From the NCBI GenBank assembly GCA_041483895.1, contig JBGPGO010000021.1:1-53278 (forward strand): 53,278 nt of DNA, written 5' to 3'. This DNA comes from Fimbriimonadia bacterium. Its GTDB lineage: Bacteria; Armatimonadota; Fimbriimonadia; Fimbriimonadales; JABRVX01. A model generated the notes under the pieces. The model was not told the DNA's origin and ran no database searches. It saw nothing but the letters and a program-made list of their open reading frames with translations. Shown piece by piece: positions 25,157 through 32,953 of the stretch (position 1 is the stretch's first letter; every line of letters starts with the position of its first letter). A program made the translations under genes and the position numbers.

Positions 25157-27598
25157 ATGGGCAAGAAGATCACTACCCTCTGCATGGCAATCGTCGGGAT
25201 CGGTGGGGGCGTCTGGCTCTACGGCACCCTGCACGGCCCGACCGGGCCTCGGGTCACGGACCCGTTTTCCCAGCCATACAAACTGAGCCGGGACAGCGTC
25301 GCCTTCTATACGGAGGGCGACACGATGAAAACCATCGTCTACTCCGGCCCTTTCTATTGGGGCGCTACACAGCTGCCGGGGAACCGCGCATCTGAGTACG
25401 ACGAAGCTCGCCGCAAGAAGATAGATGAAATGCTCGGCGAGGCGGCCAAGATTCGCAAGGCGGCCACAGAACTCCGCCCTGAACTAGACGCGATGCGCTC
25501 GCGCATATTGGATTTCCTGGCTGCGGGCTCAACCGACCGGGGATTGGCTGGATTCGGAGCGCAACTCCGCGATACGATGCTCCGGAACAACGCGGTCGAA
25601 GCCGCCAGTGAAATGATGCAAGATGCCGTCGCAACTCCGACCGCCAAGGACCCGTACGGCGTTGCGATGCTGGAGGAGCATCGTGTGATGTCCGCTGTTG
25701 CGACCGCGATCTGTTATCTGGACGATATCACTTTCCTGACCGCCGCCGCCGCCCTCTGCGATGAGGCCGGATCCGCGTCCTCCGACTCCAAGTTGAAACA
25801 GGCCGCGCAGACATTGGCCGGCGAAATGCAAAAGCTGGGTGGCGTCTCAGACAATGGCAGGCAACTCGCGGACTCAGTAGCGAAGATTGAATTCGGCTAT
25901 CGCCAGATCCGAACAGGGGACTATCGGTATGCGAAGGGCGCGACGGAATATGTTAAGACGCACCTTCCTGCATTGCAAAAAGCTCTAGCCAACGCCAAAC
26001 CAAGCAAGGATGTCGACAAGGACGACATCGCGCTGGCAAAGGCATACCTGTCGGTTTGCGGAAACTGGGCACAGGCACTGGACGGAACGTTGGCAAAGTT
26101 CTCGAAAGGCCTGATCTCGGATCGGCTGCTTGGGGGCGGGGCGGGCTTGGCGGCATGGGCGGACGACATCAAAGATGAGTACGCGAAGGCCTTTCGTGCC
26201 TTGAACTCACCTGCCGAGGGAGTCAGCGAAAGACGATTCCTGCCGACCTGGGACGAGACCAAGACCGCCTTTCACAAACTCCAGCGGGGAGTACAGCTAA
26301 CCACCGACACAATGGGCAACGGCTGGGATGCAATGACCCGTGCCGCGGCGGGCGCCTACTATGGCGATACCTGGAAAGAGATTAAGACGGACCTGGCGGC
26401 AATTGGCAAGCGGCAGAGCGACAACTGGCAAGGTAAACCGCTCCAGAAAACCACGCTCCGAAAGGGCAAAGAGTATCTGGACGCGGTGGAGGCTGATGCG
26501 GAAGCAGCCGCTGCCGAATACGCCAAGTCCAAGGGCGCAGGCGCGTGGACGAGCTGGGGAGTGGGGAAGGTCGGCAAGGTCCTCGTCGGTACTTTCACGG
26601 GCGTTGGCAAAGGGATCATGCTCATCTCCGATCCCAACTCGACCACCGCCGATTACGTGGAAGGTTCCATGGAGCTGCTGCTTGCGTCCATCGGCGGATC
26701 GAAGACATTGCTGAAGGCGAGGCAGGTTCCAGGGTTCACGGTGGCGGCTGGGGAAGAGGCGCTTCAGGCGGGAAAATTGGGATGGGCGGCGTTGATGCGC
26801 AACCGCTTGGGGAACCAGATAGCCCGCCTTAGAGAGCTGATTCCAAATATGAACCCCGAAGAGCTGATCAGCAATAATCGAGAGATCATCGCGAAGCTCG
26901 TGTCCATGCGCGCGTGGGAAGACGCCATGGCCGTGCTGAAGAACGAGATTGGGGACGCCATGAAGGCGGGGATGAAGGCCGGGTGGGAGAACGCGAAAAG
27001 CACCGCCGCGCAGTCGTGGGAAGATATGTGGAAAGAGTACGGCCCCCGGACCCTGCGCAACCAGCTCGGCACCATGTGGCAAACGCTGACCGGAGAAGGC
27101 GTGAAGGACGCATGGGACAACTATTGGGGGGCCATCGCGGACGACTGGATCAAGGGCCAAGCGATCGCCGCAATGGCGGGGCCGAAGCCGGAGGAGATCG
27201 GTGGGACCTATGTCGGCACAGCCACATTTACCCGCATCGATCTGCCGAAAAATCCGCCGCCAAAGACGGCGTCCAAAGGCGAAGGCTGCGATATTGACCT
27301 CAACGACAAAGAACTGATCAAGGGATTATTGGACAAACCGCTGCCGATAACGATCGTTCTCACCCCATCGTCTGGGGATGCCGGTCATATCACGTTCGGT
27401 GGACCCTCATCCAAGAAGCGCAGCGCCGCTGTCTACCGCTACTATCCGGACGGCACCATCCGGGCCACGTTCAAGCAAGGTGGCGAACAGTTCAATCTGG
27501 ACGCGCGCATCAAGGACAAGGCGCTAGACGGAACCCTATCGGGGAGCGCCAAGGGGGCGTTTGCTGAGGCGACGGTCACGGGAACGAGGCGGCCGTGA
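25157..27598 (+). CDS. Hypothetical 813-aa membrane-anchored protein
   Basis: Long ORF with GGAGA RBS, N-terminal TM, Ala/Lys-rich helical middle and beta-rich C-terminus. Confidence 0.8.
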   Translation: MGKKITTLCMAIVGIGGGVWLYGTLHGPTGPRVTDPFSQPYKLSRDSVAFYTEGDTMKTIVYSGPFYWGATQLPGNRASEYDEARRKKIDEMLGEAAKIRKAATELRPELDAMRSRILDFLAAGSTDRGLAGFGAQLRDTMLRNNAVEAASEMMQDAVATPTAKDPYGVAMLEEHRVMSAVATAICYLDDITFLTAAAALCDEAGSASSDSKLKQAAQTLAGEMQKLGGVSDNGRQLADSVAKIEFGYRQIRTGDYRYAKGATEYVKTHLPALQKALANAKPSKDVDKDDIALAKAYLSVCGNWAQALDGTLAKFSKGLISDRLLGGGAGLAAWADDIKDEYAKAFRALNSPAEGVSERRFLPTWDETKTAFHKLQRGVQLTTDTMGNGWDAMTRAAAGAYYGDTWKEIKTDLAAIGKRQSDNWQGKPLQKTTLRKGKEYLDAVEADAEAAAAEYAKSKGAGAWTSWGVGKVGKVLVGTFTGVGKGIMLISDPNSTTADYVEGSMELLLASIGGSKTLLKARQVPGFTVAAGEEALQAGKLGWAALMRNRLGNQIARLRELIPNMNPEELISNNREIIAKLVSMRAWEDAMAVLKNEIGDAMKAGMKAGWENAKSTAAQSWEDMWKEYGPRTLRNQLGTMWQTLTGEGVKDAWDNYWGAIADDWIKGQAIAAMAGPKPEEIGGTYVGTATFTRIDLPKNPPPKTASKGEGCDIDLNDKELIKGLLDKPLPITIVLTPSSGDAGHITFGGPSSKKRSAAVYRYYPDGTIRATFKQGGEQFNLDARIKDKALDGTLSGSAKGAFAEATVTGTRRP

Positions 27599-28293
27599 CA
27601 GGTTATCTTCTGCTCCTTGCATTTGGGGCGGTCGTTTCCACAAGTCTGCTTGTTGCCTCGTTCATCCGTGTTGGTTTCTCGCGCGGCGCCGCCGTGCGTG
27701 TTGGACTTGCGTCGGTGGCCGGCGCGGCCGTTGGGGGCAAAGCGCTGAGCGTCGCTCTGCATCCGGGTGCCGGGTTTGCCATTGGGTCCGGTTGGTCGCT
27801 GGATGGCGGCGTCATCGGGGCTGTTTTTGCCGTCCTTGTGGCCACGCGATGCAATCTGCCGGCGCTGGATCGTCTGGCTGCGCCGTTTGTCGTCGGCCTG
27901 GTCTTCGCGCGGATCGGGTGTCTGCTCACGGGCTGCTGTCCGGGGGTGCCGACCGACTCCGTCTTCGGCATCCATTCCCCCGGCGCGCCGATTCTTTTTG
28001 GCCTTTCGCAGGCTCGGCACGCGTCGCCGGTGTATGAGATGGTGGCGGCCTTGGCCGCGTGGATCGTGGCCTGTTGCTTTGGGCCGCAAAGGCCGGGCGC
28101 CCACTTCTTCCTGTTCCTGTCGCTGTTTACCACCGCGCGCCTAGTTCTTTGGACATTGCGAGAGCCGGACCTGGCGACCGCGGTCCCACCGATGGCCCTT
28201 TCCGCCGCTATCATGAGGGCTTCTCTTTTCGGAATCCGTTCGGATTGGGACGGATTCGGAGCATGGTCAGCCTGGAAGGAGGGTTGCGCTTGA
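27595..28293 (+). CDS. Divergent prolipoprotein diacylglyceryl transferase (Lgt)-family membrane protein
   Basis: SLDGGVIGA, LD.LA, ARIGCLLTGCC.G.P, HASPVYE and R...W.LR resemble Lgt motifs; GTGA overlap with the upstream gene. Confidence 0.7.
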   Translation: MTGYLLLLAFGAVVSTSLLVASFIRVGFSRGAAVRVGLASVAGAAVGGKALSVALHPGAGFAIGSGWSLDGGVIGAVFAVLVATRCNLPALDRLAAPFVVGLVFARIGCLLTGCCPGVPTDSVFGIHSPGAPILFGLSQARHASPVYEMVAALAAWIVACCFGPQRPGAHFFLFLSLFTTARLVLWTLREPDLATAVPPMALSAAIMRASLFGIRSDWDGFGAWSAWKEGCA

Positions 28294-28370
28294 TGGGACA
28301 CCTCTTCATCTCGGAAGTACAAAATCCAAAAGGCGAGATGTCGTGTTTTTGGAGACTGGTTGCAAAGCGG

Positions 28371-28399
28371 CCCTCAACAGGCGGACCTGATTGAGGGAT
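28371..28399 (-). repeat. REP hairpin copy 3
   Basis: Reverse complement atccctcaatcaggtccgcctgttgaggg. Confidence 0.75.
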
Positions 28400-28460
28400 A
28401 GGTTGAGGCATCAAATCCGCTTTCGATCCGAATCCAAGACTCTAATCTCAACAGCCACCA

Positions 28461-29450
28461 TCAAAATTCCGGTTTCAGCCGATAACAGACCAGCAAATCT
28501 CCTTTGTCGGAAAAAGTCATGTTTGCCACCGGTCCTGGCAGGCCGAAGATCTTCGTCAATCTCGAAGTGGAAATATCAAATATCCTGAGCTTGCCGTCGC
28601 TACATGCAATGGCGAGACTCTTACCGTCGTGGCTTGCTGAAACCATATACGGGGTACTTCGGCCAAATTGAATCGCAATCGCGACGGGTTCGCCATCCCC
28701 CGGCCAGATCATTACACCTGATTTCTTCAGAACGTAGTAGGTGGGCCGATCCGGAGCGTATGATAATGAAAGTACATTGTTCAGTTGCCCTGAGTGTGTG
28801 GCAGCTTTCAGTCCATTGGAAATATTCCGTACCTCAATTTGTCCGTCAACCACACTGTATACCCGGGAGTTGTCGTCAGATATGCTAAGGCAACTGGGCA
28901 GTGACTGAGTCGGGAGGCGAGTTTTCCATTCCGGCCAACCCCCCGAAGCATTCCAGATGCCTAACCAACCGAGTCCAGCAATTGCGACGCAACGACCATT
29001 TGGACTGCATGCTATCTCTCCAGCGTTAGCTGAATCTGCGCAGACAGACCTCGAGGATGGTCCTTCTAGTGGAATGATAGTGACCCCCCTGAACATACTG
29101 ACGTACACCCGCTTCATCGCTGGATCCACAGCGACGAATCTGGCCTCGTCAGGTAGTGATATCGTGCTTAGTCCTTGACCCGACGATTTCATAACAGCCA
29201 GGTTGCTCTCGCCAGGTTGGACCGCAATTATTCTCTTGCCCCCATCAAGCCACTGAGCCGACCCCCACAGTGTTATGGTACTCGTCATCTTCGGATTCGC
29301 ACCAACTGAGAAAACGATACTGCCAGAATTCATTACCGTCCTGCCGACAGGCCCCTTCTTGCAATTTGTGCAGCCGACAGCAAAAAGAGCCAGAAGCACC
29401 GCCCCCCAATTACGGACATACCTAATCTCGTTCACACCGACGTCCGCCAA
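28461..29450 (-). CDS. WD40/beta-propeller putative lipoprotein (start uncertain)
   Basis: LLALFAVGC lipobox-like sequence; ACSPNGRCVAIAG, SHDGKSLAIACSDGKLRIFD and FSDKG repeats. Confidence 0.65.
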   Translation of the reverse strand: MADVGVNEIRYVRNWGAVLLALFAVGCTNCKKGPVGRTVMNSGSIVFSVGANPKMTSTITLWGSAQWLDGGKRIIAVQPGESNLAVMKSSGQGLSTISLPDEARFVAVDPAMKRVYVSMFRGVTIIPLEGPSSRSVCADSANAGEIACSPNGRCVAIAGLGWLGIWNASGGWPEWKTRLPTQSLPSCLSISDDNSRVYSVVDGQIEVRNISNGLKAATHSGQLNNVLSLSYAPDRPTYYVLKKSGVMIWPGDGEPVAIAIQFGRSTPYMVSASHDGKSLAIACSDGKLRIFDISTSRLTKIFGLPGPVANMTFSDKGDLLVCYRLKPEF

Positions 29451-29617
29451 TTTGCGCAGATGCCTGTTTCACACATAAACCCTCCGGCAGAGCCGGGACT
29501 TGCATCGAACCCTTTCATGCGTTGGCACCTGCAATGCTCAGAAGGGGCCCGGCGGACAGCCTGGAATCTTCTCTGTGCAACGTCGGGCGAAGCAATAGAT
29601 ATCATCGTGGGGACTGT

Positions 29618-29817
29618 TTATCCCTCAACAGGTCCTCCTGTTGAGCGGGGTTGAGCAGCCACCCCGGACGCCGCTGTTACTTGGAGACTAAACCCGGCCC
29701 CGGCCACATCGATCCCGCGACGGAAATGCGCCATGTGGATATCTTACACCATTCTAGGGATTGTGTTGCAGTCAGCCTCCCGGAAGACCCTCAATAGGAG
29801 GACCTATTGAGGGATGC
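29618..29817 (-). mobile_element. Non-autonomous mini-RAYT unit (REPIN-like) bounded by inverted REP copies 4 and 5
   Basis: REPs at 29620-29648 and 29788-29815. The internal 38-aa ORF 29618..29734 joins RAYT-like N- and C-termini, and the flanks match 32184-32866. Confidence 0.75.
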
Positions 29818-29984
29818 CAAATTTATCCCTTGTTCCTTCCACTCCTGCGCCGCACTAAGATATGCCCGACTCGAACTCAGAGGTCACTTTCAGATCCGCT
29901 GCAATGGTCACCAAAGCCTTCGGCACCAAACCTAGTGGTAGCCCTCAAGCGCGTACAGTTGAATTCAAGCATCTGGAACAGACC

Positions 29985-30560
29985 TTACGGCTCTACCCGC
30001 CTAATGTTTAAGAACCGCTTACCCCCTGACAATGATGTCCGATCCCCGTTCTTGTCATAATCACAGACTTGCAGCCACAAGAAGCATTCGCGTAAATCTG
30101 CATTCTTGGGAATCCAACTGAAAGATACCACTTGGTCGTTCCCGACACGGAATTCTACTTTCGAAACTTCGCACAACTCACCGGCCAGCTTCTCCTCTCC
30201 CACTTTCTTTTTGTCAACCTTAGTCTTTGACACTGCGTCTTTGAACGATCTTGGAACGTCGGAGGGGTTTTCTTGTATTACGGTACCATCAGGCTTCACT
30301 AGCGTCATAACGGTTTTACCATCAATGTATTTTGTGGTCCGCACGCCTTGATCACTGACAACCTTGACGACCGACGTTTTGCCGTTCGCGTCCAGCGTAA
30401 CCGACCAATGCTGGATGTGAAACGTTCCCGCCGCAAGGTCTGTCGGCGAGTCGGATTCTTCGTAAGACACGCAATCTGCCTCATATGTTCGCCCAGCGCT
30501 TCCAATAGCATGCGGGGGAAGTAGTATAGAATTGATTACAAACCCAATTAAGAACAGCAC
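29985..30560 (-). CDS. Hypothetical exported protein, candidate RHS immunity protein
   Basis: Directly downstream of the RHS core gene; hydrophobic N-terminus; KKVGEEKLAGELCEV motif. Start uncertain. Confidence 0.55.
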   Translation of the reverse strand: MLFLIGFVINSILLPPHAIGSAGRTYEADCVSYEESDSPTDLAAGTFHIQHWSVTLDANGKTSVVKVVSDQGVRTTKYIDGKTVMTLVKPDGTVIQENPSDVPRSFKDAVSKTKVDKKKVGEEKLAGELCEVSKVEFRVGNDQVVSFSWIPKNADLRECFLWLQVCDYDKNGDRTSLSGGKRFLNIRRVEP

Positions 30561-30570
30561 TCTTTGCCTC

Positions 30571-31149
30571 CTATTTTTTCGTACTAAACCGCCATGTCGC
30601 CTCGACAGTTAATAGTGTATTGTCGTCACCGCCAAATTTGATCGTGATCTCCGGCCAATGTTTGCCGCCAAACGAAATCTGGCATGCATCTTTACAGACG
30701 TCTGTTAGGCAACTGATCCAGTCGTTACCTGCTAGTATACAAAACAGCATGCATTCAAGACAACTCAAACCGCCGCTCGGATCGATCAGCGCCGTTGGAG
30801 CATTCAGAACGGAGCGATAAGGAGTCCAAGGCCATATGAACACTGGATCTCTCGCCAAAAACGCCCCTAGATTCGGATCGTAGTATCTCGCCCTCAAGTA
30901 GTCAAGCCCGGAGCTGTCCGAGTAGTAGCCATAGGCCCCAACATACTGATACGGCGTCGCTGTGTTCCCGGTGCGATTAAATACCTCGCCATACGCCTGA
31001 TACTCGAACTTGTCGGTGACGGTGAGGCTCGTTGTGTCGATCAGCTTCGTGGTGTTGCCCAAGGCATCGAACCGGTATACGGAATGGACTCCGTCCCTGT
31101 CTTCCGAAACCAACTTTCCGTTGCCGTAGCTGTAGTTCACGACTCCCAT
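30571..31149 (-). CDS. RHS repeat-associated core protein with a short Cys-rich C-terminal tip
   Basis: YRFDALGNT, Y.AYGE, PYQYVG..GYY, YLRARYYDP..G.F..RDP and DPSG cleavage motif, followed by CLECMLFC. Confidence 0.88.
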   Translation of the reverse strand: MGVVNYSYGNGKLVSEDRDGVHSVYRFDALGNTTKLIDTTSLTVTDKFEYQAYGEVFNRTGNTATPYQYVGAYGYYSDSSGLDYLRARYYDPNLGAFLARDPVFIWPWTPYRSVLNAPTALIDPSGGLSCLECMLFCILAGNDWISCLTDVCKDACQISFGGKHWPEITIKFGGDDNTLLTVEATWRFSTKK

Positions 31150-31151
31150 GA

Positions 31152-31259
31152 TTAATCCGTCCTCTGCTGCTTCACATCATCGCCGTCCCAGACAAAGGTT
31201 GTCACACTCTGCATCGGCTCCCACTTCGACTTCCGCAGTTCATCCTTGCCGCACCTGGA
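31152..31259 (-). pseudogene. Remnant C-terminus of an RHS/YD-repeat body
   Basis: Minus frame ...KDELRKSKWEPMQSVTTFVWDGDDVKQQRTD*, with its stop 2 nt before the RHS-core ATG; TTFVWDG is RHS-like. Confidence 0.6.
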
Positions 31260-31288
31260 CGGTTCTTCTCGGTTGCAGCCTCCAGTCC

Positions 31289-31912
31289 TCACGGATTCAT
31301 CTTGGCAGCCAATTTACCGCCAGGATCAAAAAAATCCTTCGATTTCGGATCCTCCAAGTGATATTCGTATGCAACGTACGAGTATGTACATTGGTTCCTA
31401 TACGTCTCGCCGCCGGGATCTGCTGCAGTGTCGTATGCTATCCATCCATTCCCGTTCGGGTCGAGCCTAGGATCCTTCGGCACCACCCGATAATACATGG
31501 TCTCACCGACGGTGCCATCGGTGTATTCCACGCATTCCATTCCGAAGATCCCAACGGTCTTTCCGACCTTATAGCCATCGGGCATTCGGGTCTTGGGCCT
31601 TGCTGCTGTTTCAACGGTTCCTTCCTCTCCGTCAGCGGAACTGGAATAAACAATTTGCTTAGCAGAATAGAGGGACCGGAACACCGATTTATGCTTGCCA
31701 TCCTGCCGCGTGTGCACAGTCAGCTCGTAATCTCCTTGTACGTAAGTGTCGCAATAATAGGGAAGTTGATCTCCCTCAGCCCACATCACGCCCTTGGTGT
31801 GATGGCATTTTTCCGACGCATCCTTGCCCGAGGAATAGCCTCCAAGAACAAGCACATAAAAGCCGGCTACGAAAACAAGCGAATTCCTAGAAATTGCATT
31901 CAATTCACTCAC
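31289..31912 (-). CDS. Hypothetical exported protein, candidate orphan immunity protein
   Basis: 207-aa ORF with a hydrophobic N-terminus; KVGKTVGIFGMECVEY resembles the motif in 29985..30560. Confidence 0.55.
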   Translation of the reverse strand: MSELNAISRNSLVFVAGFYVLVLGGYSSGKDASEKCHHTKGVMWAEGDQLPYYCDTYVQGDYELTVHTRQDGKHKSVFRSLYSAKQIVYSSSADGEEGTVETAARPKTRMPDGYKVGKTVGIFGMECVEYTDGTVGETMYYRVVPKDPRLDPNGNGWIAYDTAADPGGETYRNQCTYSYVAYEYHLEDPKSKDFFDPGGKLAAKMNP

Positions 31913-31998
31913 CTCGATTAGTTAAAACCAGTACCATAAGTAAGGCTCCCAGACAAGTGCTCGCTGCCACCAGCAGAGCCAGTAAGTTTAACCTTTTT

Positions 31999-32015
31999 TC
32001 CCTCAACTGGTCCTC
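31999..32015 (+). repeat. REP copy 6 (5' half only)
   Basis: tccctcaactggtcctc, interrupted by the IS-like sequence starting TGT. Confidence 0.7.
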
Positions 32016-32183
32016 TGTACGTTGACAAGACATGATTCACACTTCTGACAGGACATCCTTGACACTTTTGCCAAGAGGAAGGGATGCCATTTATGGGAAG
32101 TATCGAGCAGCAGCGGGAGCGATTGTTGAGCATCGTGTTGGACCAAGGCCGGTCGGTTTCGGAGGCCGCCCGCGAGGTCGGTT
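32016..32183 (+). mobile_element. IS481-like left end and truncated transposase HTH
   Basis: Starts with TGT; internal repeats gacatgattcacac and gacatccttgacac; ORF from 32084 MPFMGSIEQQRERLLSIVLDQGRSVSEAAREVG is cut at the REP. Confidence 0.6.
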
Positions 32184-32780
32184 TTATCCCTCAACTGGTC
32201 CTCCTGTTGAGGGGGGTCCGGCAACCACCTCGGATAGCGGGAGAACCTCCCTCGGCATGCAGATCAGCCCGGACTCGGGGTCCCACCGCCCGGCCTCATG
32301 CAGATGGACGCTGGACCATGGGTAGTCCGTCTCCTTCAAACAAAGACCCCGACGAACAGGATTTTCGTGCATGTATTTGATCTTCTGCCAAAATATCTCG
32401 TCGGATTCGATAGGAAAACTGCGGAAGCTGACCTGCCAGAGTGTGCGCTGATTCAGTCCCCGTTGTAGGGCAAACAGCGCGTCGATATCCGGCGGGATCA
32501 GCGGCAACAATTGCTTTGCGGTATACGACTTCAGATTCTTGACGAAGGTTGAAACGTCCTTGTCATCGGGCAGTCTTGTTACGAAGTGTAGATGCTCCGG
32601 CATGACCACATTTCCATGCAAAGCGGCGCCATAGTGTCGGTGCACCTCGAACAGCAGCTCCACCATGCGGTCGGCCAGTTCCTTCGTCCGGAAGATGGGG
32701 ACGAAGTCGAGGACCGTCGTGGTGACGAACACCAACTGACCGGCCTCGGCGACGTTCTTGAAGTGGCGATACCGCTGCAT
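32184..32780 (-). CDS. REP-associated tyrosine transposase (RAYT, IS200/HUH Y1 family)
   Basis: FVTT, HUH motif VVMPEHLH, K..T, LWQ.SF, YMHENPVRRGL and YPWSS; flanked by inverted REPs at 32186-32213 and 32836-32863. Confidence 0.9.
   Translation of the reverse strand: MQRYRHFKNVAEAGQLVFVTTTVLDFVPIFRTKELADRMVELLFEVHRHYGAALHGNVVMPEHLHFVTRLPDDKDVSTFVKNLKSYTAKQLLPLIPPDIDALFALQRGLNQRTLWQVSFRSFPIESDEIFWQKIKYMHENPVRRGLCLKETDYPWSSVHLHEAGRWDPESGLICMPREVLPLSEVVAGPPSTGGPVEG
32186..32213 (+). repeat. REP copy 7 (encodes the RAYT C-terminus)
   Basis: atccctcaactggtcctcctgttgaggg. Confidence 0.8.
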
Positions 32781-32835
32781 GTAGCAATATTACACCATTT
32801 GAGGGGTCTCGGCAGCAGGGAACCTCCCCGAAAGA

Positions 32836-32863
32836 CCCTCTACTGGGGGACCTGACGAGGGAT
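32836..32863 (-). repeat. REP copy 8 (degenerate)
   Basis: Reverse complement atccctcgtcaggtcccccagtagaggg. Confidence 0.65.
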
Positions 32864-32953
32864 GCAAAGCCCAAATACCGGGTATACTGAACCCAATCCG
32901 GCGGCCGGTGGTGAACCGGGACGCCGGCTTGCATTAGCGTGGGAGGTCCCTTG

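Noticed and set aside
21817..32863. REP hairpins as a CRISPR array
   Set aside because: Irregular kb-scale spacing, both orientations, no cas genes, and a RAYT is adjacent.
32864..32900. SPNTGYT frame as the continuation of the IS481 HTH beyond the RAYT unit
   Set aside because: Too short to distinguish from chance; it also overlaps a TATACT -10-like box for the GT gene.
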